Of a DNA stretch of 64,000 nucleotides, positions 1 through 12,482 are shown in pieces. Position numbers and translations under genes: made by a program. This DNA is from Protoeuglena noctilucae (taxonomy: Eukaryota): NCBI GenBank assembly GCA_958009085.1, contig OY253679.1, positions 62,001 to 126,000 of the forward strand. Direction: 5' to 3'. Below the pieces are notes generated by a model that saw nothing but the letters and a program-made list of their open reading frames with translations, had not been told where the DNA came from and searched no databases. The first letter of the stretch is position 1; each line of letters starts with the position of its first letter.

Positions 1-3000
1 GACGCACGTGCACCCCATCTCCTTGACGGTCTTTGCGAACCGCTCCTCCATGTCGTTAGTCACCCCGGACGTGCACTCGTCCAATATCGCGAACCGCGGC
101 TTGTGGAAGAACAGCCTCGCCATGCCCAAACGCTGCTGCTCCCCCAGAGACAGCGCCTCGCCCCAATCTACCACGTCCCTCCGCCAATCGCCCCGGTCAA
201 GCAAAGGTGACAGATCCACTTGGGCGAGCAACGCGCGCACGTCGCTCTCGTCCACCCTGGCGTCCCCGGCTCTCGCGGGGTAAACCAATTGCTCCTCCAA
301 TGTCCCGATCGATACATAGGGGCGCTGGGGGACATAAAAGATATCGGCGGCAAGCCCGCCGTCCCCACCGGCCCCCGGCTTGCGCACCACTCCCTGCGTC
401 AGGGGCCACAGTCCGCCCAATACGCGGAAAAGCGACGACTTGCCGGCTCCGTTGGGCCCCGTGACGAGGAGGTGGGTGCCCCTTGGGACGCTCAAGGTGA
501 GGTCGCGGACGAGGGGGTTGCCGGAGGGGGTGAGGACCATGGCACGGTCGAAGGAGATCTCGTCCTGAGGGTAAGAAGCGAAGGAATGCGCTCATATATA
601 TAATTGGCGTCGTTTTGGTATCACTAGGTGCGATCTATGTGAGCACCATGGCGCGGTCGAAGGAGATCTCGTCCTGAATGACCAAGGGAGAGTGAGTAGC
701 TGTAGTGTGGCTGAAATATGATATAAACTATAACTGCAACACGGTTGGTAATCATGCAACCACTCGCCTGCGACGACTCCACCACGCCCGTCGGCGCCTG
801 CATCAGCGCTGTACATCAATGCCATCTACACGAACACCTTAACAATACTAAACCAATACATAAACAATACATACCATCACTATAACCCACCCACCCCCTC
901 GCCTGTGATGACTCCACGACGCCCGTCGGCGCCTGCATGAGCGCCCGCATCCGCTCGGCCTCCGTCGCCCCCGATTCTGGCGTTTCAGGGGTCCCCGACC
1001 CCGGCAGGGAGACGTGGGACTGGCCGGCCGAGCCTAACTCGCGGATCACGCGCTCCATCTCGTGCACCCTGCAGGGAAGGGGGGTGGATGGAAATGATGC
1101 AATGTTATCTTTGTGATGCAAGCAGTTTGTCTTATTTTAAGTATTATAATAATAAACATGATTGGCAGATAGAATAGCAACAATAGATGGAATAGCGGAA
1201 CGCGCATGTAGTGGCACCTCACTACCATAACAATAAAAATAACAGGAAATGATTATTACGATACTACTACCAATGCACGAACATCCCTCGCCTGTCCGCG
1301 TGCGCGCTGAGCTTCATGAGCTTCCGTGGCGACGCCGCGAGCGTGCCCATGGACTGGAAGAGCGTGATGATGACGCCCGTGTGGTATCGCATGTTGGAAA
1401 GCATCTCGGCACGGCCACGGGCGGTGGCTTCGGGTCTGGAGAGGAGGGGGGGGGGTTGAAATGAAAGGGCTGGGTTAGATGGGATGGGGTTATTGGTCAG
1501 TGAGACGTACTGGTTCTCACCCTGCCTCCTCGCCTAAAGTGCCCGTAACAGGCAACATTGATAATAACGATAGTGACAACTAAACAATAACAGACTCGCC
1601 TGAGGTGCCCGGAGAAGAAGGGCCCGATGACGAGGATGACGGCCGCGGTGGCCCCCAGGTATTTCAAAAAAAAGTCCTGCACCATCCCGAACCGCCACTG
1701 CGTCCGCTGCACAGCGGCCACCTGGGAGGTCGCGGCATCGAATCCCCGCGACACCGTGCGGCTCTCTTTTCCCATGCCGCCGTACAGGGCCACCGACTCG
1801 GCGTTGGCGCGCAGGCGCGAGTGCAATGCGCGGTACGTGCCCTCCAGGGACTGAGGGGGAGAGATGTACAACGACTGAGTTGGGTGAGTGATGTTGCCTG
1901 AGTTGTCATGAGTATCAGGTATAGTATAACTATATGGTTGTTGCAAACAGCCCCACCCCCTCTATCAACCCACTCGCTCTCACCCATGCTTCTACCAACA
2001 CCGCCCCGATAACAACACCCGCAACCCACCTGCAGCTTCTTGTAGAGCCTCCCGAACGGCGGCGACAACCCCGTGGTGACCACCCCGGCCCCGAGGATGT
2101 ATGCCAGAATCGCCAGAGTGTACTTGTGCGTGCGCGTGTACTGGCGGAGGCGGTAGGCGTAGAATAGCGTGTCGACCACGCCGCTCGTCCACTCCCCGAC
2201 CACCTCGGCCAGGCCGGCCGCGAGTTTGGGGACGTCCTCGCAAATGCGCTGCTCCTGGGGTGGGGGGATGGGGGGGGCAGGGAGGGGTGACTGAGGGTGG
2301 GGCGGGTTGGGTTGGGGTGGGGTGCAGGAGCGAGAGGGGCGGGGAGGGAGGGGTGTCGTAGGTGTGGGCGGGTGTGTGGGTGTGGGTGGGTGTGTGTTGC
2401 AGGGAGGGGTGACTGAAACGATGGGGCAGCGATCGATAAAGGGTCCTCTCCGTTCCCCCAGCACATCATTCGTGCTCACCGGCGTGTCGATGCGCTTGTC
2501 GACGTAGGACATGCGGTAGTAGGTCATTCGATCGAAGTAACCGCGATGCAGCGAGCGCGTGAGCTGCCGCCGCCAGTCCAGCTCCATCCATGTCTGCAAA
2601 CACGCCCAAAGCATCCGCGTTTTCGATATCCGGTCGGGATATCGGCGGACGCGCGGCAACGTAGCAAAGAAAAAGAACAAACGAACCGAGTCCGCGCGCG
2701 GGTGGACCCGGGACAAGCGATTGCGCGCGGCAATTGCCGTATGTTGTAATGCGCAGGCGCCCCGCCGCGCCCCGCGGCCGCGCCTCACCCTCGCGGCGCC
2801 CATGGTGGACTCGAGAGCGCTTTGCACGAGGCACAGGCCGATGTTCTCGAGGAGATAACGGAGGAAGAGCGGCACGAGCTGCAGAAAGGCCGCGCGGAAG
2901 AGGTACCCCTGGAGCCGCGACAGGCGGTTGCTGAGGTAGGTGCGGCCCACCGCCATCGCCAGATACGCGGCCAGACGCGGCAGCGACGAGGCCAGCAGGC

Positions 3001-3328
3001 GGCGGGTCAGCGCCTGCAGGGCGCGCGGGCCGCCCGACTTGGACCCCCGCCCCGACCGGCCCCGCTTGGCGGGCGCGGAAGGGCCGTCCGCGGAGCCGCC
3101 CTCGCCATCGCGGCCGTTCTCCGTCGCACGCGACCTCCTGCGCTCGTTGTATCCCCGCACGTACAGCGCCCCGCCGCCCAGAAGGATCGCGGCCAGCACC
3201 GCGTAGGCCGCGGGGCGCCGGCGGACGTGCGCCACCAGGCGCGTCGCCAGGCCCAGCTGGAGCTTCCCCGAGGTGCCATCGACGACCCGCAAGATCGGGC
3301 CGGGGCCCCCGGGCCCGCTCGATTGCAT
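1..3328 (-). CDS. Peroxisomal ABC transporter subfamily D (PXA1/COMATOSE-like), multi-exon, 3' end beyond window start
   Basis: Exon peptides RTYLSNRLSRLQGYLFRAAF, YFDRMTYYRMSYVDKRID, EQRICEDVPKL, EGTYRALHSRLRANAESVALYGG (EAA-like motif). Minus-strand Walker A GPNGAGKSSLFR near 420-460 and signature LSLGEQQRL near 125-150. Confidence 0.92.
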
Positions 3329-3588
3329 CGCGACCGCCTACGCGAGCATCCCGCGGGAGGCGTGGCCGATCGCGGGCATCCACGGTGTTTTCGCCACAAA
3401 AGCAATTCCTGACCGCGAAGGCGCCCGCGCGGGGCGCATCAGGGCGAGCGCACAACGTCAGCTCGGGTGTTGCCCTGCACCAGAGCCCCCCTACCAGCCA
3501 GGGAGGCACTCCCGCCCGCGCATTCCCACAGTCTCGACATCCCCAACTTGCAGGCGCGCCGCCGACTCTGCTCGCTCCGGCCACGACC

Positions 3589-6085
3589 ATGACGGCGACG
3601 GATACCGCGGCCGCGGGTCCGCAGTCCGAGGCGACGGCCGCGCACCGCGTCCGGCTCGTGGGGGCCCGCAACTTCGTCCGCAGCAATCCCATGTGAGGAC
3701 CGCCCGGGCCAGCCCGCGCGTCCCGCCGCTCTCGCGGGGCTGGCGCATCTCGTGGCTCCGATGCTGCGCCCTCCGCCGCGCCTCCCTCCGCCCTCGCGCG
3801 CGCCCCCGCCGCCGCGGTTGTATCCATCCCTTCACCTGGAGCCCGCGCACTTCTCCTGCAGGTCCGACCTGTTCCCCGTCCACCGCTTCCACCACGTCGA
3901 GTTTTGGTGTTCCGATGCCACGACTACCTACAAGGTGCGGGCCCAACAAAGCTGCGGACATCCCCGTGCATTGGTGTCTGTCCGTATGCATGCCAGGGCA
4001 CCCCGTATAGTGGCGCTGGCTTGCGTGCCGCGGCCGGGCTGGCGCGTTGCAGCGATTCCCGCCGCACACCTGCGCGCAGCGCTTCGTGTACGGCCTCGGG
4101 ATGCGCCTGGTGGCCAAGTCCGACCACAGTACAGGAAACCAGACGTTCGCGAGTTACGTGGCGCAGTCGGGGGACCTGGTGATGGCCTTCACAGCGCCTT
4201 ACGGCATCGGGCTGGCAATGTGAGGAAACGGCGGGCTGATGGCTCGTGAGTGCAGATATATGGACATGTACATGTTGTCTAGGCTGTCGCTGAGACGACC
4301 TAGATGGGGGATGGTGGTGGTTGGGCTCCGTGCCAGGCGTCTCGTCGCTTTTGGTGACGGCCGTGTGTCTGACACACATCTGATGGGATAGAGCAGTGCC
4401 TGGTCACAGCAGCACGTGTCACAGCAGCGCCCAACATGTCACCGCCCCCGCATCCCGCATCCCCTCACATCCACCAGCCATGGTTTCTAATGCTCCACCA
4501 CCACCACCACCCTCTCCCCCACCCTTTGCAGAAACGACCAGCCCTCTCCGTTCCCCGGGTACGACCCTGACGCGGCGCACCGCTTCGTGTCAGAACACGG
4601 TTTGGCGGTGCGGGCGGTGGGGGTGGTGGTGGGCGACGCGAAAGAGGCGTTCGAGCTCAGTGTGGCCAACGGGGCACACCCGATGTGCCCGCCCACCAAG
4701 CTGGGTGAGGGGATACCATGGGTGCTACCCTGGGCGTTGTGCGACGCGTGTGTCTTGGGATGCGCATGCGTTCAGCTGCCAGTGGGCGGCATCAAACGGC
4801 TGTGGTTGTTTGCCCCACGTACCCACCCTCCGTCGACGCCACTGTCATCAGGGCCTCGATATAACAGTGACAGTTCCTAACATGTGAACAGTCAGTATCA
4901 CTGACCCTGACGTGACCTGACGTGACCCTGACTCGGCCCGCAGTGGACCCTGCGTCGGGCACGACGACCGTGGTCAGCGAGGTGCGGCTGTTCGGGGACG
5001 CGGTGGTGCGGTGGATGTCCGGGGACTTTTCGGGGCCGTTCCTGCCGGGGTTTGAACCCGTGCCGCACGCGCCCGTGGACCCGGCCCGGACGTTCGGGCT
5101 CACGCGGCTTGACCACGTCGTCAGCAACGTGCACGAGGTGAGAGAGGGGATGGGAATGAGGGGTCACTGGTGAGGAGGTGATGAGGTTGGCTTGCTGTGC
5201 GCCACCCTTGCAGCTCGAGCCGTGTGTGTTGAGAGTGCTGTCACACACCCTCGCACCCTCTCATACCACCACCCCTTGCCCCGCAGCTTGAGCGGTCCGC
5301 GGAGTACCTGATGCGCGCCACGGGTTTCCACGAATTCGCCGAGTTCACGGCCGAGGACGTGGGTACGCTCGACAGTGGCTTGAACAGCATGGTGCTGGCC
5401 AACAACAGGGAGAACGTGCTCATGCCGGTGAATGAGCCCACGTTCGGGACCAAGCGCAAGAGCCAGATCCAAACGTACCTGGAGCAGAACAAGGCAGGCT
5501 GCCATGCCCTCATGCAACCGCACTGGCCCTCTGCTGGCTCTGCGCTCCGCCCCACCACCCATGCGACAACCCACCGATTCCTCACAACCAGCATGAATGC
5601 GTTCTATTCCTCATCATCCATTTCAAATCTCTTATCGTATCTTTCTCGCTCCCCCGCAGGGCCCCGGGGTGCAGCACTTGGCCCTCAAGACGGACGACAT
5701 CTTCCGCACGCTGCGCGAGATGCAGTCACGCAGCGACGTTGGGGGATTCGATTTCATGCCGCGCGCCTCGGACGCGTATTACCGCGCGCTGCCCGCGAAG
5801 ATCGGCGACGCTCTGACCGAGCAGGAGTATCGATGGGCGGAGGAGCTGGGGGTGCTGGTCGATAAGGACGATCAGGGCGTGCTGCTGCAGATCTTCACGA
5901 GGCCCGTCGGGGACCGCCCGACGATCTTCCTGGAGATTATTCAGCGGGTGTGCCCCAAGGAAAAGGAGATGCGCGCGGCGGGCGACCCGGCCGCGGAGGT
6001 CGGCGGGTGCGGCGGGTTCGGGAAGGGCAACTTCAGCGAACTCTTCAAACGCATCGAGGACTACGAGCGCACGCTGGGCGTCTGA
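3589..6085 (+). CDS. HPPD: 4-hydroxyphenylpyruvate dioxygenase, about 7 exons
   Basis: LVGARNFVRSNP|SDLFPVHRFHHVEFWC, RLDHVVSNV, GFHEFAEFTAEDVGTLDSGLNSMVLANN, SQIQTYLEQNK|GPGVQHLAL, QGVLLQIFT, GGFGKGNFSELFKRIEDYE. Confidence 0.97.
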
Positions 6086-6843
6086 GGGTCGAGATTGGAA
6101 ATGTGATAATCACTTTTTGCTTTTTAGGTGCCTAATGCATTTGGGTCTCCGCTGCTGGGTTGTCGTGACTCTGCGTGCTTCTCCATCGGCCGTCAGCGCG
6201 ACGACCGCCTCGCGCTGCGGCTCGCGCCGTCTCCAGCATATGAAGTGACTTCATACGCGCGTGCAGCTCACACGCGCGGTCCCGCGGCCCGCGGTTTGCT
6301 TCAATTTTCCCTGCGACCACCGCTGGCCGCGACAGGCCTGAGGAGAGCTGACGGACACAGATAGGCGGCCTGCGCGCCCGGATGCGGCCTCAGAAGTGAC
6401 GTTTTTACGACATCGACGACTGCACGGGGCCTGAGGAGCCCTCCGCGAGTCTGGCACCTGCCCGCCGCGCCAGCGCGGTCGCCAGATCCGCGCTGTCGGC
6501 GTCATGTGGCCGCATGCTCCATGGTCGTATGCAGCGGCTGAGCATACGAATCCGCGGGGCCGGCGGGAGGGCGTGGGGCCGGGCGCTTCTGGAAGGAATC
6601 CGTCAGAGCGCGATTCCACACGCGACGGAGCGAGGCCGCCGAATCATGGGGTATGCGGAGACAGGTGCGCGCCAGCGACCTTGCGACACGCCTACGCGTG
6701 CGTGGAGCGGACCGCACGGAGGTCCAACCGCGCCGAACCCGCTCGGCGTGGTCGCATGCCTTTGCAACAATGGCTCCCAGCGTTTTTCGCACAGGTCTTT
6801 GCTCACCGCCGTGACTTAGGTGACCGTGATACATAGGTGAAGA

Positions 6844-9800
6844 ATGGGCTGCGTCGGGAGCAAAGCGGAGAGGGTCTCCGAGGGCGCTTCGCCAAGGAAA
6901 GACTTCCAGTCACCCACCAGGCCCTCTCCCGGCCCCGATGCCGCGCCCGGGGGACCTGGGAGCGATCTTTCGAGAGGCAAGTCTAATGAAGCATCGAGCG
7001 GGTCGGGCGAAGGCGATGCCAAGCGGGACGGCGCGTCCGGGGAGCTGCACGTCGACATGGGCAACAATGACGATGACTCTGGTCAAAGAAAGCAAGACTT
7101 TTTCAGAGAAAGCTCTTCTGCAAGTGACGACCAAAGCGATACGTCATCTGTCGCCAAGGACCCGCCGCCACCTACAGGTGCAGCTGGCTCACAGCGCACG
7201 CCTGCACAGTGCTCGAGCGCTGTAGCGTCACAAAGCTTCTGAGCCACCCTCTCTTACGCAGAGTTGTCTGATTCGATCGCCGCGATGCGGGAGCTGGTGG
7301 GCGGGGGCGGCGTGATGGACGGCGTCGTGAGCGCGGGCGGCGGCAGCGCCGAGGCCCTTGCGATTGTAGCAGGGGCGATCAGTCGTGTGCAGCGGGCACT
7401 GCACGGGGTGCCAGTGCTGGGGATGCTCGGCCCCGTGTGGGAGGTCGCGCACGCGGTGTTTGGGATGTGCGCCCATGCGGTGGCGAATCGCCAGAGCTGC
7501 TACCGGCTGGCAAGGGCGGTGTTGATGGTGGCGACGCGGCTGTCGGCGATGGAGGGGCGGGTGCTGGCGGGGAGCAAGGTGGCGGTGGAGGACTTGCAGG
7601 AGGCGATGGAGGGGGCCAGGGAGGTGGTGCAGGTGAGTGATGGTGGGGGTTGTGGGGGGCCAGGAATGTGGTGAGGGTCGTTCCGCAGGCCATCAATCGC
7701 TGAGACGTGCGTGGAAGAGGTGGCTAGGAGATGGTCCCAATGGGCACTTCGCTTCGCTCCCTTGCAGCGTTACTGCGACCGTGGCCGCCTGGCAAAGTTC
7801 CTCTTCAGTGCTTCGCACGCGGCCGCTTTCAGGGAAGTTCACCAAAGGCTGGAGACTAAGGCGAGTGACAGAGACCATTTCAGGGTGGCCTATGCAGACT
7901 ACAAGCGAGCGGCATAGCTTCAGCAGTATCTCATGACTCTGTAATCCCCTATATGACGCTCCTCATCCAAGATCTCCCCCATCGCTCCCCCTTGTCACCC
8001 GCAGTTCCACGTGCTGGCCAGCGACGTCGTCCTCACCGGCAGGGGGGACTACGCGGAGGACTCCAGGGTCCGCGAGGCGCTCGCGGCCGCAGCGGGGACC
8101 GACGATCCCCGGGCGCTGGCTGCACTAGCGGGGAACGAAGCTTTGACCGACGCGGTGGTCGCGGCGCTGTCCGCCCCACACCAGGCCGTGGTGCACGGGG
8201 TCAGCGCCCAGGTGGCCCGGCAGCTGAAACAGCACAGATCGAGCCTGCGAAGGATGTTTCAGGAGGAATTCGAGGCGTTTGCCGCTGCGAAGGGCCTCCT
8301 GGCCCAGCCGCAGCCGACGGGGGTGGTCGGTCCCAGGGAGTTTGAGGGTGCCGAGGCGCGCAGGGCTTGCCCGGAGTGGTCCCGGGAGGTCATTGAAGCG
8401 GCCACCGATGCGTTTGAGGAGCAGCGAGTGGTGGGGCGCGGCGGATTCGGCGTCGTGTACCGGGGCGAGCTGCGGAGCGACGGGGGCGCCCTGTCTCTGC
8501 CCGTGGCGGTGAAGCGCTTCCACAAACCTGGCGATGAGGACGTGGCGCGGATGGTGGCGACGGAGGCGGAGCTGCTAGGGACCCTGCGGCACCGGCATGT
8601 GGTGCGGCTGCTGGCAACGTGCGCAGACCCACCCCGCTTAGTCTACGAGCTGTGCGGGGGGGGCACGCTTGCGGAGCGGCTGGACGGCAAGCACGGGGGC
8701 TTATCTGCTGCCGCGCGGCTGCGGGTGCTGGGGGAGGTGGCGGAGGCAGCAGCGTTCCTTCACTCGTCGACGGGGCGCGCCGGGGGTGCCAAGCTGCGGG
8801 GGGTGGTGCACCGGGACATCAAGCCAGAGAACGTGCTGTTGACTGTGGATGGGGACGGGGCAGAGGCGCGGCTGGGGGACTTCGGGACGGCGCGGGAGGA
8901 GCTTGAGGGCAGCGGTGCTGCCACGCGCATCGTGGCGACCTCTGCCTATCTGTGCCCGCTCTACGCCATGTCGCGGCGGTTCGGGCCCGGCACGGACGTG
9001 TACGCGGCGGGGGTGACGTTAGCGCAGGTGGTGGCGGGGTGCAGGGCCGAAGACGCGGCAGCGGCGGTGCTGTCGGGGCACGTTGGGTCGTTGAAGCCAG
9101 ACAAGGAAGCGGGAATGTGGGTGGAGGGCGTGTTTGCCGAATGCGTGGCGCTGGCGCAGTGGTGCATGACGCTGGAGGCTGGGGGTGCACGGCGGCCATC
9201 CATGGAGACGGTGGCGGGGTATCTGAGAGCACTGCACCTGGCGGCGTGCATGGGCAAAGACGGCGTGCTGGGTGTGGTGCTGGGGGACCTCCCGCAGCGG
9301 CGCCGTGAGGTGAGGGGGCGTGGCAGGGGTTGGGGTGGGGGCGCGGGGCATGGCGATGGCAGGGCCTGTGGCGAGCTAAGCTGAGCTGGTCTCTTACAGC
9401 CAGCATCAATGGCCTGGTTGCATATCATCACTCGCAGGCGATGGGGTTGGCTGCGGCGCCGACAGAGCCGAGCCGCGGGGTGGGCTGTGCGGGGAGTCTT
9501 GAAGGCGACGAGGTGGCGGAGGCCATGAGGAGGGGCGGCATGGTGGATTTGGACCTGGGCGGGAGGAGCGTGTGGTTGAGGGCTGAGGCGGTGGTGGCGG
9601 GCGCGGGCAACGTAGTGACGATCCGCAACGGGACGCTGCGAGCGGCAGAGGCAGAGCTGGGGGAGGGGTACGCGTTGGGCGCGCGTGAGGGGGGTGAGAT
9701 GCGGCTGGAGGGGGTGCGTGTGGTGGGAACGGGGGTGCGGTGCCAGGGCGACGGGCGAGTGACGCTCGCGGACACGCACGTGACAGACGCGCCACAGTCA

Positions 9801-11466
9801 GGGGTGCGCGTGGCGGGGCCGGGATGCCGAGCAACCGTGCGCGGTGGGCGCATCGCGGGGTGCAGGGCGGGGCACGGGGTCTCCTGCGAGGGCGGCGGGG
9901 AGGTGGAGGTGTCGGGAGTGACCATCGTCGATTGCTACTTGAGCGGGGTGGCTTGCTGTGGCCTGGGGACGCGCGTGGTGGTGCGTGATGGCAGCATTGC
10001 GGGGTCCCGGGAGGGACACGGGGTCTCCTGCGAAGAGGGCGGTCGAGCCGAGGTGCGTGGCGTGGAGATCGCGGACTGTTTCCGAAGCGGGGTGTTCTGC
10101 TTTGGCGCCGGCAGCGCGGTGGTGGTGGAGGGGGGCAGCGTGGTGCGGTCGAGAGAGCTGGACGGGGTGGCGTGTGAGGGTGGCGGGGAGGCGGAGGTGT
10201 CGGGCGTGGCAATCGCCGACTGCAAGCGGAGCGGCGTGGCGAGCTGCGGGGAGGGCAGCCGAGTCGTGGTGCGGGGGGGTAGCATCACGGGGGCCCGCAT
10301 CACGATTGGCGCGCTGTGCGCGGAGGGCGGGCGGGTCGAGGTGCGGGACGTGGCCGTGGCGGGGTGCGCCGGCAATGGCGTGGCGGTGGCGGGGAAGGGC
10401 AGCCGGGCGGTCGTGCAGGGGGGGCGCGTAGACGGGGTGGTGGAGCGGGACGCGTGTGCCTGTGAGGACGGGGCAGCGATGGAGCTGCAGGGCGTGGAGG
10501 TGCTCGGGTGCGGGCGGAACGGCGTTGCGTGCAGCGGGGCGGGGAGCCAGGTGGCGGTGCAGGGGGGTCGCATCGCGGGGTGCAAGGAGGGTCACGGGGT
10601 GGGGTGCGCGGAGGGGGGTCGGGCGGAGCTGCGGGACGTGGAGATCGCCGACTGCGCGGCGTGCGGGGTGGTGTGCGCGGGGGCGGGCAGCCGGGTGTCG
10701 CTGCGTGGGGGGCGCGTGGAGCGGTGCTTGGGCGGGCACGGCGTGGCGTGCGTGGAGGACGGGGAGGTGGAGGTGGTGGACGTGGCAATCGTCAAGAGCG
10801 GCAAGTGCGGCGTGGCGGCGGCGGGGGAGGGGAGCCGGGCGGCGGTGCGGGGGGTGCGCGTGGAGGGGGCGGCCGAGTTGGACGGGATAGCGTGCGAGTT
10901 GGGGGCGGTGATGGAGCTGCGGAGCGTGGAGGTGGCCGGGTGCGGGCGGCACGGCGTGTCGTGCTTCGCGGGCGGGCGTGCGGAGCTGCGGGACGTGGAG
11001 ATCGCCGACTGCGGGGGGTGCGGGTTGGTGGCGGGCCCCGGCAGTGGCGTGGCGGTGCGTGGGGGGCGCATCGCGGGAATGCGCGATGGTCACGGCGTGC
11101 TGTGCGTGCTGGGCGGGGAGGCCGCGGTGGTGGGCGTGGAGATCGCCGACTGCGGTGGCTTTGGCATCCAAAGCGACGGCGGGGCGGTCTTGCACTACGG
11201 GTGCGCCATCGGTGGCTGTGGGGCGGGGGCGGTGATGGACGCGGGGGCCGAGAGTCCCGGTCCCGCCGACGAGGACCTGCAGGTCGCCATTCGAGAATTC
11301 TTTGAACGTGAGGGGGCTGCCTGCGGCTGGCCACGCGACGGTGAAATGTGGCGCAATTCGACGCCTCCCTGAGGGATTTCTCGACATCATTTGAGACGAG
11401 ACGGGTTTCGGTCTTCCGTGGCCCGCAGAAATCCTCGTGCGCGATGATGACGACGACGACGGCTGA
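6844..11466 (+). CDS. Multidomain kinase: N-terminal MGC lipid-anchor motif, MLKL/HeLo-like helical domain, IRAK/Pelle-type kinase, C-terminal right-handed beta-helix repeats
   Basis: Start MGCVGSK. Helical block ANRQSCYRLARAV...LAKFLFSASHAAAFREVHQRLE. Kinase motifs AATDAFEEQRVVGRGGFGVVYRG, VAVK, HRDIKPEN, DFG. 9440-11250 encodes many roughly 23-aa GVxCxxGxxxxVxGxxIxxC repeats. Probable last exon 11429-11466. Confidence 0.8.
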
Positions 11467-11928
11467 GGAGGTGATAGGTTGGGTAGCGGCACTTGATGTT
11501 ATCGTTTTGTGGCATACCTTCCCAGGGCACGCACGCCGATGTACCATTTATTCGTTTCCATTCAACCAGGGCGCTGAAGACTGCGGTGCGCCAGGGGCGG
11601 CGGTCGCCGAAACAGCCAATAGGGCCACAGCGTAGCCAAGCCACCGGGGGGAGGGCCACTACACCCTCCCCCACCTTGTGCGACAGATCTTCGAAAGCCA
11701 CAAGCGCCCGGCCCACCGCAACTGTACTGCATCATCGCTGAATGAAGGACAGCCCAGAGCGCGCTGTGACTCGCCTGGTATGGGGAGGCGCTCTGCAGAT
11801 GCTCAGATGCTCGCTGCGGCGTCTCGCACCCACCGCACCGTCTGGGTGAGCCCGTCGCCTGCGCAGGCGTGCGCCGGGCCAACTGCGGCAACGCGGGGCA
11901 AAAGGCATTCGCTCACTGAATGCTGCGG

Positions 11929-12438
11929 GCTCGGAATCGAGCGACACCGCGGCCCGACCGGCGCGCGAGCGGCCCTCGAGCCCACCTCGAGCATTGCCGC
12001 GCAAAAGGCCCCACGCGGCGCACTTCGAGAGACGCTGGGGCCAGAGAGATGCGAAGAAGCGGGAAAAGAACGCTAGGCAGCGGCTTTCAGCGCTCGTGAC
12101 AATTGCCGCGACGGGAAAGCTCCCCGTCGCAGCAGCGACGATGACAACCGGCGCGCGGGCGCGCTAGGCGTTTTCTGGGGGATTTTGAACGCAGGTTCCC
12201 GGCCGGGTTTCGGCAACTTTTGATTCACGTGCCGATGGCCCGGCTATCGGCGAGGAGTAGAGCTGGCCGGGCTGGGGTTGTATGACCTGCCCGGGTCAGG
12301 GCCGATGCGCAGCGCAGGTCCCACCCGCCTCGGCCGCGTCGCCAGCGTGGCATCACATTCAAAGCTGTGTCCCGGCGAGGCGAGGCTGCGCATCCGACGC
12401 GCGGGGCGGGAGGGGCGCGGTGTCGCTCGATTCCGAGC
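11929..12438. repeat. Perfect 23-bp inverted repeat pair (11929-11951 / 12416-12438) bounding a 510-bp segment
   Basis: GCTCGGAATCGAGCGACACCGCG at 11929; its exact reverse complement CGCGGTGTCGCTCGATTCCGAGC at 12416; imperfect extension on both sides. Confidence 0.9.
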
Positions 12439-12482
12439 TCGCGGCCCTGGGTAACCGAGTCTCGACGCTTAGCGCATGAAAC

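Noticed and set aside
9440..11250. CRISPR-like or non-coding repeat array
   Set aside because: Periodicity is explained by coding beta-helix repeats; no identical repeat/unique spacer structure
11429..11449. C-terminal CaaX motif (KSSCAMM) on the kinase fusion
   Set aside because: No stop follows CAMM, and splice phase favours the EILVRDDDDDDG* frame
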